Below, one piece after another: positions 60,690-64,000 of a stretch of 64,000 nt of DNA. The notes beneath the pieces are model-generated. The model worked only from the letters and a program-made list of their open reading frames with translations. It did no database searches and was not told the origin of the DNA. The stretch is from Candidatus Kapaibacterium sp. (lineage in GTDB: Bacteria; Bacteroidota; Ignavibacteria; Kapaibacteriales; UBA2268): NCBI GenBank assembly GCA_963664875.1, contig OY761611.1:3072001-3136000 (forward strand). The letters run 5' to 3'. Position 1 is the stretch's first letter. Every line of letters begins with the position of its first letter. The position numbers were made by a program, and so were the translations under genes.

Positions 60690-61148
60690 CTACATCTGCA
60701 AGAGCTGGATATAGTTCCCGTTGTCATCATCAAAAATTGCTTCGTAGCCCCAATCCCTTTTTGTTGGTTCTAATTTGAATTTTACACCTTTTGCTTTTAG
60801 CTCTTCGTAGGTTTTTTGAATATCATCACACCCAAACGAAATTACCGGCATTCCCATTTCGTAAAGTTCAGCCTTAAATTTCCTTGCTATTTCGATTCCA
60901 CCCGGTTCAGTTGGCTCTAATAGTATATTAGTACCACAGGAATCAAGCGGGGATTTGACTATAGCTATATAGTTTTCAGGCGAAAACATGACCTCTTCAA
61001 ATCCAAGTATTTCAGTATAATATTTGAATGCTTTTGCAGGATCCGGTACTAAAATACTTACCATTGCAATTTTCATCGGGTATTTGTTCTTTGCCATTGT
61101 ACTTCCAAATAATGTGATTGAGAGAAGTAATATAAGAAAATATTTCAT
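60690..61148 (-). CDS. VOC/glyoxalase family protein with signal-peptide-like N-terminus
   Basis: AFKYYTEILGF, DDIQKTYEELKAKGVKF, FDDDNGNYIQL. Confidence 0.85.
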   Translation of the reverse strand: MKYFLILLLSITLFGSTMAKNKYPMKIAMVSILVPDPAKAFKYYTEILGFEEVMFSPENYIAIVKSPLDSCGTNILLEPTEPGGIEIARKFKAELYEMGMPVISFGCDDIQKTYEELKAKGVKFKLEPTKRDWGYEAIFDDDNGNYIQLLQM

Positions 61149-61203
61149 GAGATGATTACCTATGTTTGGAAAATTAGAACTACGATTATAAGTAGTATTT
61201 ACT

Positions 61204-61824
61204 TTACTTTTTCATATCTACTATCTTATTTATTCTGGGTTGCAAAAACCAAATACCGATAGGTATTAACCAAATCAAAAAGAACTCGGCTATGTAATCT
61301 GTAAATTTCGCTTTTGCTTGTCGCTCCGCTGATACTATTACCTTAGCAGTGAAAGCTATGATGTAGAGGAAGCAAATACCATTAAATAGAATTATTCCAA
61401 AAAAACTAAAGAAATATGGAAGAATTTTCTCTACAGATTTAGAATCTTGAAGCATCTCTTCAATCATCATTTCAAACATATTCGTAACGAAATAGAGCAT
61501 TACAGCATAGGATATAAATATTACGAACGGTACAATCTTAAATATCAGATTATTTGGGGCAATTTCTTTTGGAATATATTTATAAAGTTTGAGACCAATA
61601 GCAGCAAACCATAGAAAAAGAACAAGCATAGATATAAAAGCAAACACGACTACGATATAAGTATCTGTATTAAATGTACTAGTTAAGTTGCTTGGCTCAG
61701 TGATAAGTGTTTGTTCGAGATTCGGAAACATGACACCAAACTGCCAAACCATTTGTAATATTGAAGGAATAGTTAAAGCAGTAAAAATCTGCCAGTGTTT
61801 AGCTCTTAAAATAATATCAAGCAT
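61204..61824 (-). CDS. Hypothetical membrane protein
   Basis: AKHWQIF..FFLIWLIPIGIWFLQPRINKI; about 5 TM. Confidence 0.7.
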   Translation of the reverse strand: MLDIILRAKHWQIFTALTIPSILQMVWQFGVMFPNLEQTLITEPSNLTSTFNTDTYIVVVFAFISMLVLFLWFAAIGLKLYKYIPKEIAPNNLIFKIVPFVIFISYAVMLYFVTNMFEMMIEEMLQDSKSVEKILPYFFSFFGIILFNGICFLYIIAFTAKVIVSAERQAKAKFTDYIAEFFLIWLIPIGIWFLQPRINKIVDMKK

Positions 61825-61997
61825 GAAAGTGACCTCTATTAGGTATAAGATTAAGTAGATAGCTATTTTATAGAATATAAATTAAGACTTATAGAGTGAT
61901 TGTAAAAATATATTTTTACAGAAAAAAAACACTCCGGGGTGGGGAGTGGTCTTGTGCTGTGTTGTTGTATCGTATTGTTCGACAAAACTAAATATTA

Positions 61998-62555
61998 TCA
62001 ATTCAATATAAATTCGATAGGGATGCTCATCCAGCAGGAACATGGTTTACCGTTTTGGATATCAGGCGTGGAAGTTGAACTCTTTACTGCTCTGACTGCA
62101 GCTTGGTTTAAAAGCAAATTGTCAGAGTATTCTAGATTTAATTTCGAGATTGTACCATCAGATCCTATAAGTACATATACATAAACTGTACCTCCAATAC
62201 CGGTTTGTTTAGCAATTCTGGGATAAATAATATTTCTGCTAATTTCTGCTACATCAACGTCCGGTTGTTCTGATACTTCCCATGCTTCGTGTTCTACATC
62301 TGCAGTAGGTTACGGAATATCAATGTCGCCTACCTGAAATTTATCAGGGTCCCCAAAGATTATTTCTCTATCGTCTGGAAGAGCATTAACATCAGTTTCT
62401 CCTATTTTAGATGATACTTCACCCATATCTACAATAGTTGCAATTTTATCTGAAGCAAATCCCATATCCATATCAGGAACGGGTACAAAATTACCTGCTA
62501 TTTTTTGAGTACCTTGGATAAGTGTAGTTAAAATATCAATCTGAATCTTTCTACT
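61998..62555 (-). pseudogene. TonB pseudogene, paralog of 53905-54711
   Basis: Reads ..GTQKIAGNFV..DIP*PTADVEHEAWEVSEQP..IIYPRIAKQTGIGGTV..QNGKPCSCWMSIPIEFILN*; in-frame TAA at 62310-62312; 5' part missing. Confidence 0.85.
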
Positions 62556-62567
62556 GAAGCACAGGAA

Positions 62568-62953
62568 CAAACATTCACAATTGGCGGGAAGAACAGACTT
62601 TTGACAATTATAACTGATTCCCTACATTACTTGCTAACATTAGTCTAAGCTATACTTCTCATGAAAGAGGATACTCGTTATCTATATATAACACAATGAT
62701 TAGTGGTTTTGATGATATTGGAGCTCCTTTGCAGTATAATGAAGCTATATCTGATTATAATATTTTATCAGTTCATGCATCTTATGAAATTTCGAAACTA
62801 TGGGACTCCAAACGTCACATTCATCTATTCGTTTCTGCATTTAATTTGTTAGACGAATCACTAATGGCACAAGACTTTTATAACAGACAAATTAACACTG
62901 TCCCTAATAGATTTGGAAGATCTATCCATGGTTGTGTCAAAATAGTACTTTAA
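62568..62953 (+). pseudogene. C-terminal fragment of a TonB-dependent receptor
   Basis: Beta-strand pattern, LFVSAFNLLDE..GRSIHGCVKIVL end; in-frame TGA near 62615; no 5' part. Confidence 0.6.
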
Positions 62954-62960
62954 AATTCCG

Positions 62961-63000
62961 GACAAAAGAGGCTGTTTTATAATCGGCAGCCTCTTTGTGC
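62961..63000 (+). terminator. Terminator
   Basis: aaagaggctg/cagcctcttt. Confidence 0.6.
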
Positions 63001-63255
63001 AAATTGTCTTCATTTATTGATATCAGAGTTAAGATATAAAACCTCTTGCAACAGTTCAAACCTCAAATAATGTTCAATCCATATCTATTTTTTGTATTTA
63101 AATTCAATTAAAGGTAAGTATAGCCTATCCATGTTCTCTGTATATTTTGGGATAAGTGAGTATTTCTATCACTATTTAGACAATAAATATTTTTGTTCCG
63201 ACTCTTTACAATATATAAAGACTGTCTGTTAGTTTATTGTATTTTCATAAAAATC

Positions 63256-64000
63256 ATGGGTATTGTTATGCACAAACTACTACTTTCTGCCCTGCTGTTG
63301 CTTATTGCAACTTCTTCGACTTTTGCGCAGGATGATTCTTTACTTGAATTATCATTAGAAGAACTAATGAATGTTCAGGTAACAACTGCATCTAAATCCG
63401 CAGAAGATATTAATGCTGCCCCAGCAGTAATGACCGTAATTTCTGCAAATGATATAGAGCGATCTACGGCTTCCAACTTAGCAGAGATAATTGAGCAACA
63501 AGCAGGTTTCTACTTAAACTCAACTACTGTTATGAATCAATCTTCTCTTGTTACGAGAGGTGACTATGGAGGAGCTATTGCTAACACGCACGTCTTGTTT
63601 CTAATAGACGGAAGACCCTTCCGAGAAAGTATATTAGGAAATATGGGTAACCAATTTATACAAGGGATGCCTTTGGGCAGAGTAGAAAGAATAGAAATTA
63701 TTCGCGGTCCGGGATCAGTGCTTTACGGCTCAGGGGCATATACTGGTGTCATAAATGTTATTCTTAAAAAAGGCGAAAAACAAGAAACTTCTGCACATTT
63801 AGAATATGGTTCTCATAACTCTATGCACGGATCCATCGCCGGCGGTGGTAAGTGGGGCGATTTAGACATCAGCGCAGGTGCTTTGTACACCGGATATGAT
63901 GATTGGGAGTACGAAATGACGGATGTAAAAAATGTCCATGATGCTGTTCCTTTCAAATATATGCAAACTGTTGGTAATATAGATTTGGCTTATAAAGGGC
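63256..64000 (+). CDS. TonB-dependent receptor, plug domain (runs off the window; not in the ORF track)
   Basis: Signal peptide, LSLEELMNVQVTTASK, LIDGRP, VERIEIIRGPGSVLYGSGAYTGVINVI. Confidence 0.92.
   Translation, partial: MGIVMHKLLLSALLLLIATSSTFAQDDSLLELSLEELMNVQVTTASKSAEDINAAPAVMTVISANDIERSTASNLAEIIEQQAGFYLNSTTVMNQSSLVTRGDYGGAIANTHVLFLIDGRPFRESILGNMGNQFIQGMPLGRVERIEIIRGPGSVLYGSGAYTGVINVILKKGEKQETSAHLEYGSHNSMHGSIAGGGKWGDLDISAGALYTGYDDWEYEMTDVKNVHDAVPFKYMQTVGNIDLAYKG

Noticed and set aside
61939-62184. 81-aa plus-strand ORF
   Set aside because: Antisense to the tonB pseudogene.
61998-62312. tonB copy as a DGR template/variable repeat pair
   Set aside because: Differences from 53905-54200 involve all bases and include the UTR, and no RT is present; ordinary paralog decay is simpler.
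62612-62620. In-frame TGA as selenocysteine (and HEPN TAG as recoded)
   Set aside because: No redox motif or evident SECIS, the fragment lacks a 5' end, and TGA/TAG end many normal genes here.
1-64000. CRISPR array, prophage, IS element, integrase, DGR/retron reverse transcriptase
   Set aside because: No regularly spaced repeats and no ORF with the corresponding motifs seen in this window.

Overview
Low-GC bacterial chromosome segment, most likely from the Bacteroidota/Chlorobiota group (Ignavibacteria/Ca. Kapabacteria-like). This is inferred from several type IX secretion (T9SS) C-terminal domains, TAnnTTTG promoter boxes and frequent GGAG Shine-Dalgarno sites. Most of the window is housekeeping: kdsB, hcp with a divergent Rrf2 regulator, plsY-gpsA, radA, obgE, purD, rpsP-ffh, tRNA-Leu/tRNA-Cys, efp-accB-accC-gcvH, an ABC-F ATPase and waaA. 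There are also two two-component systems, secreted T9SS proteins and an AAC(3)-like/deacetylase/KAS III/ACP/SDR acylation module. Small foreign-looking inserts sit at the 3' ends of core genes: a HEPN-motif protein, Mrr, a two-gene cassette bounded by an exact 48-bp duplication of a host gene end, a truncated RhuM and several decayed fragments. The most unusual signals are (i) these integrase-free 3'-end insertion scars, (ii) a family of 24-nt REP-like palindromes, one apparently inserted in frame in a T9SS sorting domain, and (iii) a sawtooth strand-composition bias at synonymous sites that seems to flip at the insertion/REP sites. Signal (iii) was judged by eye and needs computing. No CRISPR array, integrase, transposase or reverse transcriptase was seen.
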